64,000 bases of DNA from Eledone cirrhosa (lineage: Eukaryota), in the NCBI GenBank assembly GCA_964016885.1, contig OZ024741.1, forward strand, positions 134,354,001 to 134,418,000. The letters run 5' to 3'. A model generated the notes under the pieces. That model did not search any database, was not told the DNA's origin, and saw only the letters and a program-made list of their open reading frames with translations. How positions within the stretch are numbered: position 1 is the stretch's first letter; each line of letters begins with the position of its first letter. Shown here one piece after another: positions 35,301 to 46,262 of the stretch. Both the position numbers and the translations under genes were made by a program.

Positions 35301-36347
35301 ACATGACCATAAGTATTACATATGTAAAGTTTGAAAACAATCGGTTAGGTGGTTCTCGAGTTTTAGTGATTGGACAGGCAGACATTCTCTGTTTTAGATA
35401 TATAGATACGTAACTTTTAACCTCTCGCATAACTCTTACGGAAAAACTTCCGTTTTTAATAATTTTGAAATATTTTATTACAGTTGTATAAATTTACAGT
35501 AGAATAACATTGCAAATATGTTTTAAATATCTAAACTATAATAAAGTAAGGAGCGCGGGACTGCCTACGGTTTATAATTTTGTTATCACATTAGTAAAAT
35601 AAGTTGCATTACTTTGAATAAATAATGAATAAATATTACATAATTTATCTACTGAATTTTGTGGCTGTTGATTAAATATATTTTGTTTATTTAAAGATTC
35701 ACTTCTTTAAAATTTCTGAAATGTCAACACTTCCGGTTGGCCGAGGGTGGTTTTTCTGCTAGTATACATAAATAATATAACAAATATAAAATCATGAACA
35801 AAAATGATAAAGGAAACAAGAAGGAAAAAGAATTCACCACCAAGTCCGACAATCAGAAACACCTCACACCTTGTTTGTTAATTGTACACTTTCAAGCCAA
35901 CACGCTCGCAGTATTGCCACAGGTGATGGTGAGGCTACGGCTCTGAAATAACCAGGCACCCCCACGGGCATCACCTGACACCTCAGTAAGGCGAGCTGCC
36001 AGTGAGGACAAGAACTTCGCTGTCAGCGGCCCAACTCCACTGAACGTTGTTTCCTCTTTTGGCACAAGGCGAGCTGCCAGTGAGGACAAGAACTTCGCTG
36101 TCAGCGGCCCAACTCCACTGAACGTTGTTTCCTCTTTTGGCACAAGGCGAGCAATTATCCAGTGCATTACTGGTGTTACATTTTATCGACCCCGTAAGGG
36201 TGAAAGGCAAAGTTTCAATAATGTTAAAAATTAACGAATAAAAATCCACACAATAATAATTGAACTGCAATAATACGTACAGCCAAGGATGGGCATGAAT
36301 AAGCCATTGTTTAGTTTTAGCTGAGATGAAATAACTGACTGATTCAT
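23192..36347 (-). CDS. Aldo-keto reductase (glyoxal reductase/YvgN-YtbE-like), complete spliced CDS, 8 coding exons, 885 nt = 294 aa + stop
   Basis: Exons 36281-36347, 32633-32713, 31721-31828, 30145-30333, 26556-26647, 25405-25512, 24413-24506 and 23192-23337 have GT-AG boundaries and compatible phases. The joined protein has AKR motifs KLNNGLFMPILGLGT, GYRSIDTASVY, REDIFITSKL, YLDLYLIHWP, KSIGISNY, QAYSSLG, AQILLRWAIQ and ILPRS. Confidence 0.95.
23870..24365 (-). repeat. SINE-derived ~48-bp minisatellite (reverse orientation)
   Basis: Repeated TTGTGGCACCAGTACGACCACTTTACAGGGTGGACTGGGTGCTTTT units. Confidence 0.88.
24413..24506 (-). CDS. AKR exon 7 (LLNDVVLKAIAEKH...AQILLRWAIQHGI)
   Basis: TAG acceptor, GTATGT donor, 94 nt. 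Confidence 0.93.
25405..25512 (-). CDS. AKR exon 6 (NEHHPHLVQ...QAYSSLG)
   Basis: CTCCTCAG acceptor, GTAAGT donor, 108 nt. Confidence 0.93.
26556..26647 (-). CDS. AKR exon 5 (GKLKSIGISNY...KPVVLQ)
   Basis: AAG acceptor after a pyrimidine tract, GT donor, 92 nt; overlaps ORF 26484..26681. Confidence 0.93.
26945..29400 (-). mobile_element. Decayed Penelope-like element (RT + GIY-YIG) with inverted terminal pLTR-like repeats, in an AKR intron
   Basis: YKQISGFPMGSSLSGLLAIMYM, IKTHK and GIY-YIG VVYKITCKKCSSSYIGST...IKEH; 26945-27117 is the reverse complement of ~29231-29400. Confidence 0.85.
30145..30333 (-). CDS. AKR exon 4 (SPTDQG...YLDLYLIHWPG...LYKE; catalytic H)
   Basis: TTTTACAG acceptor, GTGAGG donor, 189 nt. 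Confidence 0.95.
31280..31680 (-). repeat. SINE-derived ~48-bp minisatellite
   Basis: Repeated TTATTGTGACACCAGCACTACCACTTTACAGAGTG units. Confidence 0.85.
31721..31828 (-). CDS. AKR exon 3 (DTASVYKNE...REDIFITSKL; catalytic D, Y, K)
   Basis: TTTACAG acceptor, GTGAGT donor, 108 nt. Confidence 0.95.
32633..32713 (-). CDS. AKR exon 2 (LGTHRIQGKELIYSVLDAAFGAGYRSI)
   Basis: Poly-T + CAG acceptor, GT donor, 81 nt, AKR N-terminal motif. Confidence 0.93.
33218..33796 (+). mobile_element. CR1-clade LINE 3' end
   Basis: HLEFTSPVWNP, LETVQRRATK, YSERL, NTRGH, AWNKLP; near-identical to 61235-61880. Confidence 0.88.
33873..35406 (-). mobile_element. Non-autonomous Helitron in the first AKR coding intron
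   Basis: Minus strand: 5' TC (TCTATATATCTAAAA), 3' hairpin CCCGAGCAACGCCGGG then CTAG, inserted between A and T with no TSD. Confidence 0.85.
34165..34950. repeat. Long inverted repeat (~370-bp arms, 38-nt spacer)
   Basis: 34165-34536 is the near-exact reverse complement of 34575-34950. Confidence 0.95.
35892..36152 (-). mobile_element. CRE-like non-LTR retrotransposon 3' fragment with 78-bp tandem duplication
   Basis: GVGP..AKFLSSLAARLTEVSGDARGGAWLFQSRSLTITCGNTASVLA resembles the CRE C-terminal FLFQRLSxAxQRGNAxSVL motif; related fragment at ~8005-8085 (+). Confidence 0.6.
36281..36347 (-). CDS. AKR coding exon 1 (MNQSVISSQLKLNNGLFMPILG)
   Basis: ATG at 36347-36345; donor GTACGT; phase 1. 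A CAG acceptor at 36354-36352 suggests an upstream 5'UTR exon. Confidence 0.9.
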
Positions 36348-37354
36348 TTCGCTGTTGAAACAAACAAATATTTTCATAACGGTGTCACATCAAACGATAA
36401 TTCTGTCTTAACTTTATATTTTCTTGGTTTTTACTACTTTAATTACCCCCAGAATTAATAAATTATTGGTATTTCCTTATTTATTTTTATTTTTGCTTTT
36501 ATAGAAATAAATTTTATCAATCACAAATATTCTGTAGAGTAACTATAAAAAAAATACGTTGTTGGCTATTTTCGTAGGTGGAACTATTTTTAATATGATA
36601 CCGTTTTTGTAAGGCAGTGCTGTAACCGGTTGGAAATCTATACAATAGTATCGATCATCTGCATGTAATATATCGCCCAACTCCTCTGATGAGTATCTAG
36701 AAGCGACACAAGTCCAATATGTAATAGATAGATCTGGGGATAAGCCGAACACAAATAAAAAATAAATATGCATTGTTTAATATTCATCATCGTCCAACGT
36801 CTACTTTCACTGCTAACAAGGGTTGGACAGGCTTTCACAGATCTAGTCACTACTGAAGCCGAGCTACTCACCTCCCAGACATGTCAGTGGTCGGCATTTC
36901 GCTTACATACGGTGCGACATTTTGTCGATTACAATGTCTTTGACAAAACTGAAGGGTCCTCCCAACTCTGTTTGGCAAGCTTACTAGGACTAGATGCCCT
37001 TCATATGAGTAATGACAGCGTGTACACGATCGTATATAGGTCGCCAACACTAAAAAGTTTGTCATGTCTTTGACACAACTGAGGGACTCTCTTAACCTTT
37101 TAAGGCATGGTTTCTACAGCGGAGTGTCCTTCCTATCGCCAACCCCCTTAGAGAGTTTACTGAATGCATTTTCGTGGCACCAAGACTAGAGAGATTGTAG
37201 GTAATTTCCTTAGCTTGCTGTAACTTTCGGTGAAATATCTTTATCAAATTCAATAGTCTTCGTTCTTTAGGAAGTTAACAGAGTTTTGCTTCACCATTTG
37301 TGTGCCACTGCTTCTACTAAATATACAGTTGTAAGTTTCTCTCTTATTATTTAT

Positions 37355-37631
37355 CAAGGGTCTCAAACTACGTTTCTATGGTCCAAAGCAGAACATTTGA
37401 AACGGAAGATTAGTCTCGCTACATTTTATACTAATTTACATATCCCTCTTACTATCATCAAAATATTCATTTTGATGAAAAAAATAAAGATATAGCAGAC
37501 TATCAGCTGTATTGCAGATTAGCATTATAACTTGTGGAAATCACTTCCCACTCCTCATCTCACTTTTGGCCCACTGTGCCTCTTCCCCATGATGTAATGG
37601 CCCTTTTGAGTCCTTGAATTTGAGACCTCTG
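37355..37631. mobile_element. hAT-like MITE (partial inverted copy at ~30990-31140)
   Basis: CAAGGGTCTCAAA / TTTGAGACCTCTG termini. Confidence 0.55.
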
Positions 37632-40600
37632 ATATATATCAATCAATCCACATCCCAGATGGTACTGGAGTTTAAGGTTTCATACTGTCTTCTCTCTCTT
37701 ACACATAAACACCAATTAGTACTTTGATCTTCGTCATGTTAACCCTGGTTCTATGATATAAAACCTATCCATTTTAAAACGATCATACTGACATTAAAAC
37801 TTTCCAACATAATTTTATCTCAGAACCTTTTGTTAAGTTATGTTCCCCAAACCAACTTCATAATGAAAAGGTTATTTAACAAAAGGCCTTCAATATTTTT
37901 ATTTAATTTTCAAAATGAATTAAAATACATTGGCAGTGTATTTCATTAGAAATATGGTTACAAAATGATTAATGCCAAAGGCAGAAATATAGTAATGAAA
38001 AGGTTAATGACATAGGCAGTGCCTTTCATTAGAAATATGGTAATGGAAAGGTTAAACATAGGAAGTGCCTTTCATTAGAAATATAGTAACAAAAGGGTGA
38101 ATGACATAGGCATTGTTTTTCATTAAAAATATTGTAACAAAAGAGTTAATATTTTATATTCAGAGCAACCCACAAACAGAAACAGAGCAAGAAACAACAA
38201 ACAAGAGTAGTACAATAATCAATGACACACGCTGTAAAGAAATACGTAATACATAGATTTTGTATTTTTGTTCTTTCTTTCTCCCTGTTTCTGCCTGGAT
38301 ATATATCTACTAAACTGATGCAGACAAAACTAAATTTCACTGATACTGGATTTCTTATGTTAAGTCTTTAAAGCTTGTATAGGTGTGCAGTAGTAGTAGC
38401 AGCACGGAACTAATAGACCTATGTACTGATTAAAATAGTATAATAATGAATAATTGTTTCTACTTTTGGCACAAGAATAGCAATTACCCCAGTGCATTAA
38501 TGGTGCTTTATTTTATCGACCCCATAAGAATGAAAGGCAAAGTTAACTGTGGCGGGATTTGAACTCAGAACGTAAAGGGCCATAACTCTATGCTACAAAG
38601 TATGGTGTCTGGCGCTCTTCTTATACTGCCAATCATGATGTCCCAAAATACCGTTGCCATGACAAAAAGCACATAGTTCACCCTGTATGTTGATCCAGTG
38701 CCACAACGACAAAAGCACACAGTCCATCCTATAAGGTCGTCATGTTGGTGATATGAGAAAAAGCACTCAGTCCACACTGTAAGGTGGTCATGCTGGTGAC
38801 ATGACAAAAATTAGCCAGTCCACACTGTAAGGTGATTCTACTGGTGACATGACAAAAAGCACCTAGCCCACACTATAAGGTGGTCGTGTTGGTGCCACGA
38901 CAAAAGTACCCAGTTCACTCTTTAAGGTGGTTTTTTAGGTCATAGAAACCAAGCCAAAATACAAGATGTGGTATCTGGACCACTTTTGCCTTGTAATACG
39001 ACAAGCCGTTTAACCTATGCTAGCATGAGGAAATAAACGTTAAACAATTTTGATGGAGATGATGACGATGAATGATTTTTAATCTAAACACAAGGCCAGC
39101 AATTTGTTGGGAGGAGAAAGTCGATTATATCAACTCAACATTTGACTGGTACTTTATTTTATATATACTGAAAGAAGAAAGACAAACTTGACCTCAGCAG
39201 GATTTGAACTTAGGAAGGAACAAATGCTGCAAATCATTTTATCTGTTGCTCTAACAATTCTGCCAATCTACCACCTTTTATATTAATAAATAATAGTTTC
39301 TGATTTGGCACATGGCCAACAATTTGGGGAGAAGGGAAAGTCAATTAAGTCATACCCAATACGTTACTGGTACTTTATTTTATCAACACCATAAGGATGA
39401 AAGGCAACTTAACTTTGGTGGGATTTGAACTCAGAATGTAAAGGGACGTAACTATATGCTATAAAGCATGTTGTACGACCCTCTACCAATACTGTTAATC
39501 CACCACCATATTAATATGTTAACTGATCTACAATCTAATATTTAGTTGTATATGTCAATGGATATGTCAATACTATGGGCATATTGTTAGGGGACCACAA
39601 GAAGGAAGAAGAAGGAGGAGGAATCAAGTGTAGACTGAACCTAGTTTAACTGTACCACTTTAATGAACTAAACCACTAAATAATTATTCAATCCAATCCA
39701 GAGCCTTTTCATTCCTGTTGGAGGAACTCCTCCTTGGTTAACCTCCAACACTTTCTGTTTGATTTTGGTCATGTCTTCAGGAGTGTAGCCATACTCACCA
39801 CGCTTGGCCAATTGTGAGTTGGTGAAGTTTTTTAACCCATAATTGAGTGGATGGCCGTTGACTCTGAGGAGTTCATTTGCTCTTTTTAACAGCTCTTGTT
39901 TTTTGTGTTGCTGGGGTTTCACTTATTCTCTTCATTAGACTATGGTCTGGTGGGGGAGCTAGTTAAGTCGCTGACCACTCAACCATAAAACAGGTTACAC
40001 TGGGTTACACGGTATCAGTAGCAGACAGAAGCCTGACCTAAAATAACTATTAATCCTGTCTAATTAACTAGAATGTACATTGATTATTAATTAGTCTTGT
40101 TAACCTTAAAAGTTACAAAAGCATTTCATGTAGACTATATTTAAATCTTATAAGAGTGCTTGAAAGAATTTTTATATTTTCCCCACGTAGTTAAACCAGC
40201 AGAAATGTAGGACCCAAAATGATGACCTCCTCGCAGTGGGCCCTGGAAACTGGTCACTGATCTCTGATTTTGATCAGGTGAATGAGAACAACCTGAGATA
40301 GCAACAATATAAGACACGGGGGGGGGGGGGTCAGGAGGAGGGGGAAGAAGAAGAAGAAGAAGAAGAAGAAGATGTATTGTCAGCTGCAGGAGGAGGAGGA
40401 GGAGGAGAAGGAGAAGAAGAAGGAGAGAAGAAGAAGAAGAAGAAGATGTATTGTCAGCTGCAAGCCATTCCCTTGCTGTAGCTGTATAGGATTTTGTTAG
40501 ATTAAATGTCAGCACAATTTGTTGTTGATCTTTGCAAGAAACCAAACATGGTTACTTTTGAAAACCCATATAATCCATTTTAGTTTACTTAAGATTTATA

Positions 40601-40651
40601 ACTTTATTTCAATATTTTACTTTCATATAAATGTGCATGTATGTATGTATG

Positions 40652-40698
<47 letters not shown>

Positions 40699-40703
<5 letters not shown>

Positions 40704-40893
40704 AACGAGTAGGACCCCGACGGCTGAGCTCAAGCCATTTCGACGGCTAATTCTGCATCCAGAATTAGCCGTCGAAATGGCTTGAACTCAGCCATCGGGG
40801 TCCTACTCGTTCCTATTACCCACTCTACTACCCTAAGTATTGAGTACTTTGGTGCGTTATGGTCCACCTGGTTCCTTACCACATTTACTTCGT

Positions 40894-40894
<1 letters not shown>
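40699..40894 (+). mobile_element. 196-bp terminal-hairpin element in (TA)n, copy 2
   Basis: 118-nt palindrome (40699-40816) plus 78-nt tail, flanked by (TA)n on both sides. Confidence 0.85.
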
Positions 40895-40952
<58 letters not shown>

Positions 40953-40953
<1 letters not shown>

Positions 40954-41185
40954 GAGGTGCATGCCCTAGAGATAAGGGTGTTGGAAGTATGTCATGGGTT
41001 GGATTTCTGGGTTGCGTGTTGTGTTCTTGAGCAAAACACTTCATTTCACATTGCTTCAGTATACTAAGCTGAAAATGAGTACCAGCAACAGCTGGCGTCC
41101 TGTCCAGGGGGAAGTCTTGTACTCTCAGTCGCTTCATGCCATGAAACCGGGATAAGCACCAGCCAAATGGGCCCTCTTGCTTAAG
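40953..41185 (+). mobile_element. tRNA-derived SINE with Meta-like domain (related fragment on minus at ~7000-7160)
   Basis: GTCCTGTCCAGGGG...CAGTCGCTTCATGCCATGAAACCGGGATAAGC resembles the recalled MetaSINE core. Confidence 0.6.
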
Positions 41186-41876
41186 ACAGACTTTAGACTT
41201 TTTTAGATATATATATATACATACACACACATATGTATGCAGTTTGCTTTCTCCTCCCACTCATCTCCCAGATTCCACACTTGTCCTTTCCTTACCAACA
41301 CCACCACTCTCACCGAACCCACCGCCTGAACTTTCCACATTAGAGACTCCTTCTGCTGCACCTCCATGAGTCTTCTTGACAGGATCCAGTGCACACTATG
41401 TGAGGCAGTCTATAATGGCCTAACTGGCTGTCATTTGGTGGATAGATTTGCTGAGCACCTCATTGACATGTGACTGGGTAACCCATCACTCATCGCCTGA
41501 TATTTCTGCTCCACCTAACATTCCATGAACCACCTCACAGTTTTTGGCTTTGTCACCTATACTGGACCACTGGACTCATGCCTCAGGAGGGAACAGCACC
41601 TCATTTTTTCTCTCCAATACTTTTTACCCCTTGATCTAAACACACCACCACTTTTTCCCTAGCCAGCACCTTTACCACATCCACTACCCTTCCACTCACA
41701 CACCCATATGCACACTGACCACCTATGCATGTGCAGCTGACCCTGTACACACACAGCCAGTTACCACTACTATTACTCACTAACCCCACTGCTACGGCTC
41801 ACATACTCGCATCTTTTCCACCTATTACAACTAACACCAAGTAACATTACTAACTCACCCCCACACACACCTGTGC

Positions 41877-42750
41877 ATGCTGGGTTCGTCAACTCCTTAT
41901 TATTATTATCTCCCAACTAACGGTCTATTGAGAGTAAGTTAAACAATTTTTCACTTTTTTATTGTTTTTGTTTTGATATGCACTCTTTTTCCCTGCTATT
42001 AATTTTGTCTCTCACTCTTTTAAGTTGTGAAATAGACTGGTTCTCTACGCACGCAGCTGATACATTTCAGCTCGCTACTATATTGCTCTATAATGAATAA
42101 TCGCATTCAAAGTCCATTAAAGGTTCTTGGCACTACCATTGTTACCATCGCTTTCCTCTAGCCATGGGGCTTGGAGAAATGAGCCGAATGCTACCATTCT
42201 ATTATACATCAATGTGAACTGCTATTTCTAATAGCCATCTTTTCACCTCTTAATAATTTGTGTGTGAGACACGTTGGCTGAGAGCTTTTGACGGGAACAA
42301 AAAGATTGATTCTTTTAGCTTCCCGCCGCCACGTAAAGTTTGTAAATCAATGGCTAGTTGAGAGATAGAATCTTATCGGGTGCCAGTTGCTAATCGCTTT
42401 ACCGTGTCAGTCGTAACAAACAGTCATGACCGGCATGGACTGGTGTTCGGATTCTGTCGATCGATTGGTTATTGATTAGGCGATACCTGCTGATGAAGCT
42501 GCATAAGCCGATTGTGCATTGTTGCATAATATATGCAGACGGATGGTGCAGTGCACCTTACTGCTGCATTAGTGCGGCAGAAACTCGAGTCCGGGAACCT
42601 TATCGGCACCCCTTTTACGTGTGTTGTGTTGAAGCAAATAACTATGTCTATACTCTGGGAATGTATCTTACATTGCCCATGGAGTACACTGAGATACAAC
42701 CGGTACTGGCATTGATAAATATGCTGGGTCCATCGACTCCTTATTATTAT
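41877..42750 (+). mobile_element. Short PLE-like element with ~30-bp terminal direct repeats and a hammerhead
   Basis: ATGCTGGGT.C.TC.ACTCCTTATTATTAT at 41877 and 42721; the HHR motif lies inside; ends in (TA)n-like sequence. Confidence 0.5.
42486..42595 (+). ncRNA. Type I hammerhead ribozyme motif (PLE-type, palindromic stem III)
   Basis: CCTG-CTGATGA-(A)GCTGCAT...GTGCGGC(A)-GAAA-CTCGAG-TC-CGGG; stems I and II pair and ACTCGAGT is palindromic. Confidence 0.7.
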
Positions 42751-42774
42751 ATATACATATATATATATGTATAT

Positions 42775-43149
42775 AGAGCATTGGGCTTGCAATCGAAAGA
42801 TTGTGAGTTCAGTTCTCAGACTGGGTGATGTGTTGTTTCCTTGAGCAAGACACTTTATTTCACATTGCTCCAGTTTACTCAGCTGTAGAAATGAGATGAT
42901 AGGACTGGGGTCCCTATCAGTCCACTGCAAAGAGATCATGGAGGTGCCACGACAAAAAAAGCACCCAGCCCACACTGTAAAGTGGACGTGTAGGCGCCAC
43001 AGAAAAAAAGCACCAGCACTCACTGTAAATGAGGTTGGTGTTAGGAAGAGCATCCAGCTGTAAAAATCAAGCCAGAATCAGTTCCCCGTCCCACCCTTGC
43101 AAGCAGGGAAAAGCGGACGTAAAATGATGATGATGATGATGATGATGAT
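42775..43149 (+). mobile_element. tRNA-derived SINE with RTE-type (ATG)n tail and one extra internal unit
   Basis: Paralog of 44204-44528 with a duplicated GCCAC..AAAAAGCACC..CACTGTAAA unit. Confidence 0.85.
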
Positions 43150-43950
43150 ATGTGTGTGTGTGTGAGTGTGTATATATGTGTGCTTGTGCCTTTGGGCATG
43201 TACCACTCTCAACAACACAATCCCACCAACACACCCACTCACATCTCCACATGGATATTCTAACACACCTCCATAATTGCTCATGAACATGAACACATAC
43301 ACTGACTACCACATGTGCACAATTGACCCTGTACACATGAATGGACATGTATGTGTGTATGTCTGTGTATGTATGTGTGTGTGTATATATGTGTGTATGT
43401 AATATATATATATGTGTGTGTGTATGTATATATATATATATGAGAGTGTGTGTGTACATACTTAAGTGCCTGCGTCAGTATGTATGGATATATACATGTC
43501 CGTGCACCAGTAATGCACTGGAATAATTGCTGGCCTTGTGCCAAAAGTAGAAACAATTATTACTTCCTATCACTATTATGCACACCCACAACAACCAATG
43601 CCATTAATTCTTTTTTTTTAATTTGTTTCATTCTTTGACAAAAACTTGAACTAGCACTGGGTCGTCCAAGCATAACACCCCCACACACATTCAGCTTCCT
43701 GTTTACACCAAAGCAAGTCTTTGACTGACTAAAACACATTTCAAAACGAGCCCATACACTTACACGAATCCTTAAATGCTTGCACACTCACGTAAACACA
43801 CACAGATACCTGTGAATACACACCCGCCCTACCAATTACACCACAATACACATATATGCCCACACACAAAAAAAATAGGGCCGATGCCTATATATATATA
43901 TATACACCTTCTCAGCTCACATACCACAACAAAAATATATTTTTTGTCAC

Positions 43951-44049
43951 ATCACCAGTCTGACGAGCAGATCGATACTGGAGTCAGGTCCATAACTCCT
44001 ATGGGTTACCTTGAGCCAATCCTCTGCGAAACGCACGTAACAGGTCGAT
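43951..44049 (+). ncRNA. Type I hammerhead ribozyme motif upstream of the Naiad-like RT
   Basis: ACCAGT-CTGACGA-GCAGA...TCTGC-GAAA-CGCACG-TA-ACAGGT; canonical G10.1-C11.1 pair, one stem I mismatch. Confidence 0.65.
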
Positions 44050-44203
44050 ACACAATAAATATTTTTCATGTGTGAACAAAACTTCCTCGTTTTTTCTATT
44101 ATATACACTCTGCCTGTGCATAGAGTGCTTGCTTTGGTACCAACACCAGTATTTCACTGTACTACACACACACTATATATATATATATAATCATAATCAT
44201 TAT

Positions 44204-44528
44204 GGAGGCACATAGCTTAGTGGTTAGAGCATTGGCCTTGCAATCGAAAGGTTGTGAGTTCAATTCTCAGGCCGGGTGATGTGTTGTGTACTTGAGCAAG
44301 ACACTTTATTTCACATTGCTCCAGTTTACTCAGCTGTAGAAATGAGATGATAGGGACTGGGGTCCATATCATTCCACTGTAAAGTGGTCGTGGAGGTGCC
44401 ACGGCAAAAAAGCACCCAGCACTCACTATAAATGAGGTTGGTGTTAGGAAGGGCATCCAGCTGTAGAAATCAAGCCAGAATCAGTTCCCATTCCACCCTT
44501 GCAAGCAGGGAAAAGCGGACGTAAAATG
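44204..44528 (+). mobile_element. tRNA-derived SINE with RTE-type tail
   Basis: A box TAGCTTAGTGG, B box GAGTTCAATTC, tail GCAAGCAGGGAAAAGCGGACGTAAAATGA. Near-identical copies at 42775-43149 and 50094-50441. Confidence 0.88.
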
Positions 44529-44949
44529 AAAAATGAATAGGTGGTGTATACTAGTCTCCTGATTTTTTTTCATAACCAAAAATTTGTTCTTCCCGCTTCT
44601 CTTGATGACGTAATTTTCCTTGCATACAGTTCGCTCATCTCAAGAGAAAGTTCTCACGCAATACAATAATGTCTTTCTATTTTCTAAAGGCAATATTTGG
44701 CCGTAATGTTTTTGAAATATTTACTTCTGCATCCACAGATAATAATATCCAGTTTCAGATGATCCTACTAAAGGTAAAAACAGAAATTATTTGCTTAAAC
44801 TTTCAATCTGTGCTAATAATAGATATTTGCTCTATGGATTTATACATAATTATATATATACAACTCTTATCAAGTCCTCTCTGGATTTTGGCCTTTGTAT
44901 TTATTATTATTACTACCATTTGGCTCCTTCAGTAGTGCACTCTTTAAAC

Positions 44950-46262
44950 TTAAAACCACTATGCAAAAATAACACTTAAATATTTCTACAAAACATATTC
45001 TGGTACCAAATAGGAAGACAAAATTAAAAATACTCATCTAAAAAAACTGATTCTTTCCTAAAGAGGATGTGTTGGCATACCTTCTCTTTCAGCCATCAGG
45101 ATATAGATAATAATTTTGGATCTACAACTTACAATAACCCTCCAAACAACACAGCTTTATTATCTTTCAAAAAGGATGTACTTGAACTCATACGGCATAT
45201 CAAATTTCAAAGAAGCAACCCCTTCCAACAGGATTTGAAGAAAAGAATTCAACAGATTATGAATTCTAATGCGATGCATGTTCACTCCAATAAAACTGGT
45301 AATCTATACCAAGTTGAGAGGAGTACCTACCACCAATTGCTACATAATGCTCTGACCAACGATTACTGGAAAACTGATCAGAGTGTAATTAATGACATCA
45401 ACAATGCTGGTTTAAAAATCACTTCGAAATTAAATATCCAGGACCACACTGAACCCCGAGACCCTGTTACTCCTCGTTTTACTCTGAAGGATCATAAACC
45501 AAATATTGAAAACAACCCACCTATTCAGCTCATTAACCTCACTAAGTTTGATTTAGGTAAACTTAGTAAAAGAATTTTAGTTAAGAGTTATACCCAAAAT
45601 TAGAGATATGACTCCTTTAACCTTGTGAAATAATTCTTTTGCAGTGATTGATTGGTTCAGGGGCATACATAACAAGGAATACTGTCACTTTAGCCAAGTC
45701 GACATCAACAACTACTATTCTTCCATCACCTTACCACTCCTTCTAAGAACTATTAATTTCTTCAAAACACTCAAGGAGATTAAGGATTTCGAAGTTGATG
45801 GCATCTTAAGTCTGTAATAAATTTCGACAACTCTATTTGGCTTAAGAAATCAAATACTACCTGCTTCGACATGAGCATGGGCATCAGAAATTCAGCAGAG
45901 GTCACATGCTTTATTGATCTATTTTTACTTTATTCCATAAATGAAAAATTTCCCAATGTAGGTGGGAGTCTGTACTGTGATGATCTTTTGCCTATTATTA
46001 AGTCTGGACCCTGAGCTATAGACAGGTTTAGAAAGGAGCTTATCAATCTCTTTAAAGGTTTCAACATTTCCATTCAAGTTGACGCCAACCTAGCTGTGGT
46101 GAATTTCCTTCAGAGACAATATTTCTTATAGAAAGTCTAATGACATGTTAAATTACATTAGTAAGCATTCTAACCATCCAGCATAACTACAAATCTGATC
46201 AAAAACGCCTTATTGAGGCTTTCTCGTTTATTAGCTAATGAACATATTTTCATCAATCATTA
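44950..46262 (+). mobile_element. Decayed Penelope-like RT, resembling the Naiad clade
   Basis: NKTGNLY, FTLKDHKPNIENNPPIQLIN, VIDWF, VDINNYYSSI, FDMSMG, LYCDD, VVNFL and SNHP remnants. Clade assignment is from recalled consensus. Confidence 0.75.

Noticed and set aside
35436-35745. CGGAAGT motifs and a GTAAG donor as a possible AKR first exon or promoter
   Set aside because: There is an in-frame stop before the donor, and the real start exon was found at 36281-36347.
40141-40545. Poly-Ser/Leu/Pro ORF and similar YIYI/HTHT ORFs (40519-41260, 43067-43556)
   Set aside because: These are translations of GAA/GGA, TA and CA microsatellites.
44204-44280. tRNA-like sequence with A and B boxes (also at 20118, 50094, 63380)
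   Set aside because: No complete cloverleaf; it continues into a SINE body and an RTE-type tail.
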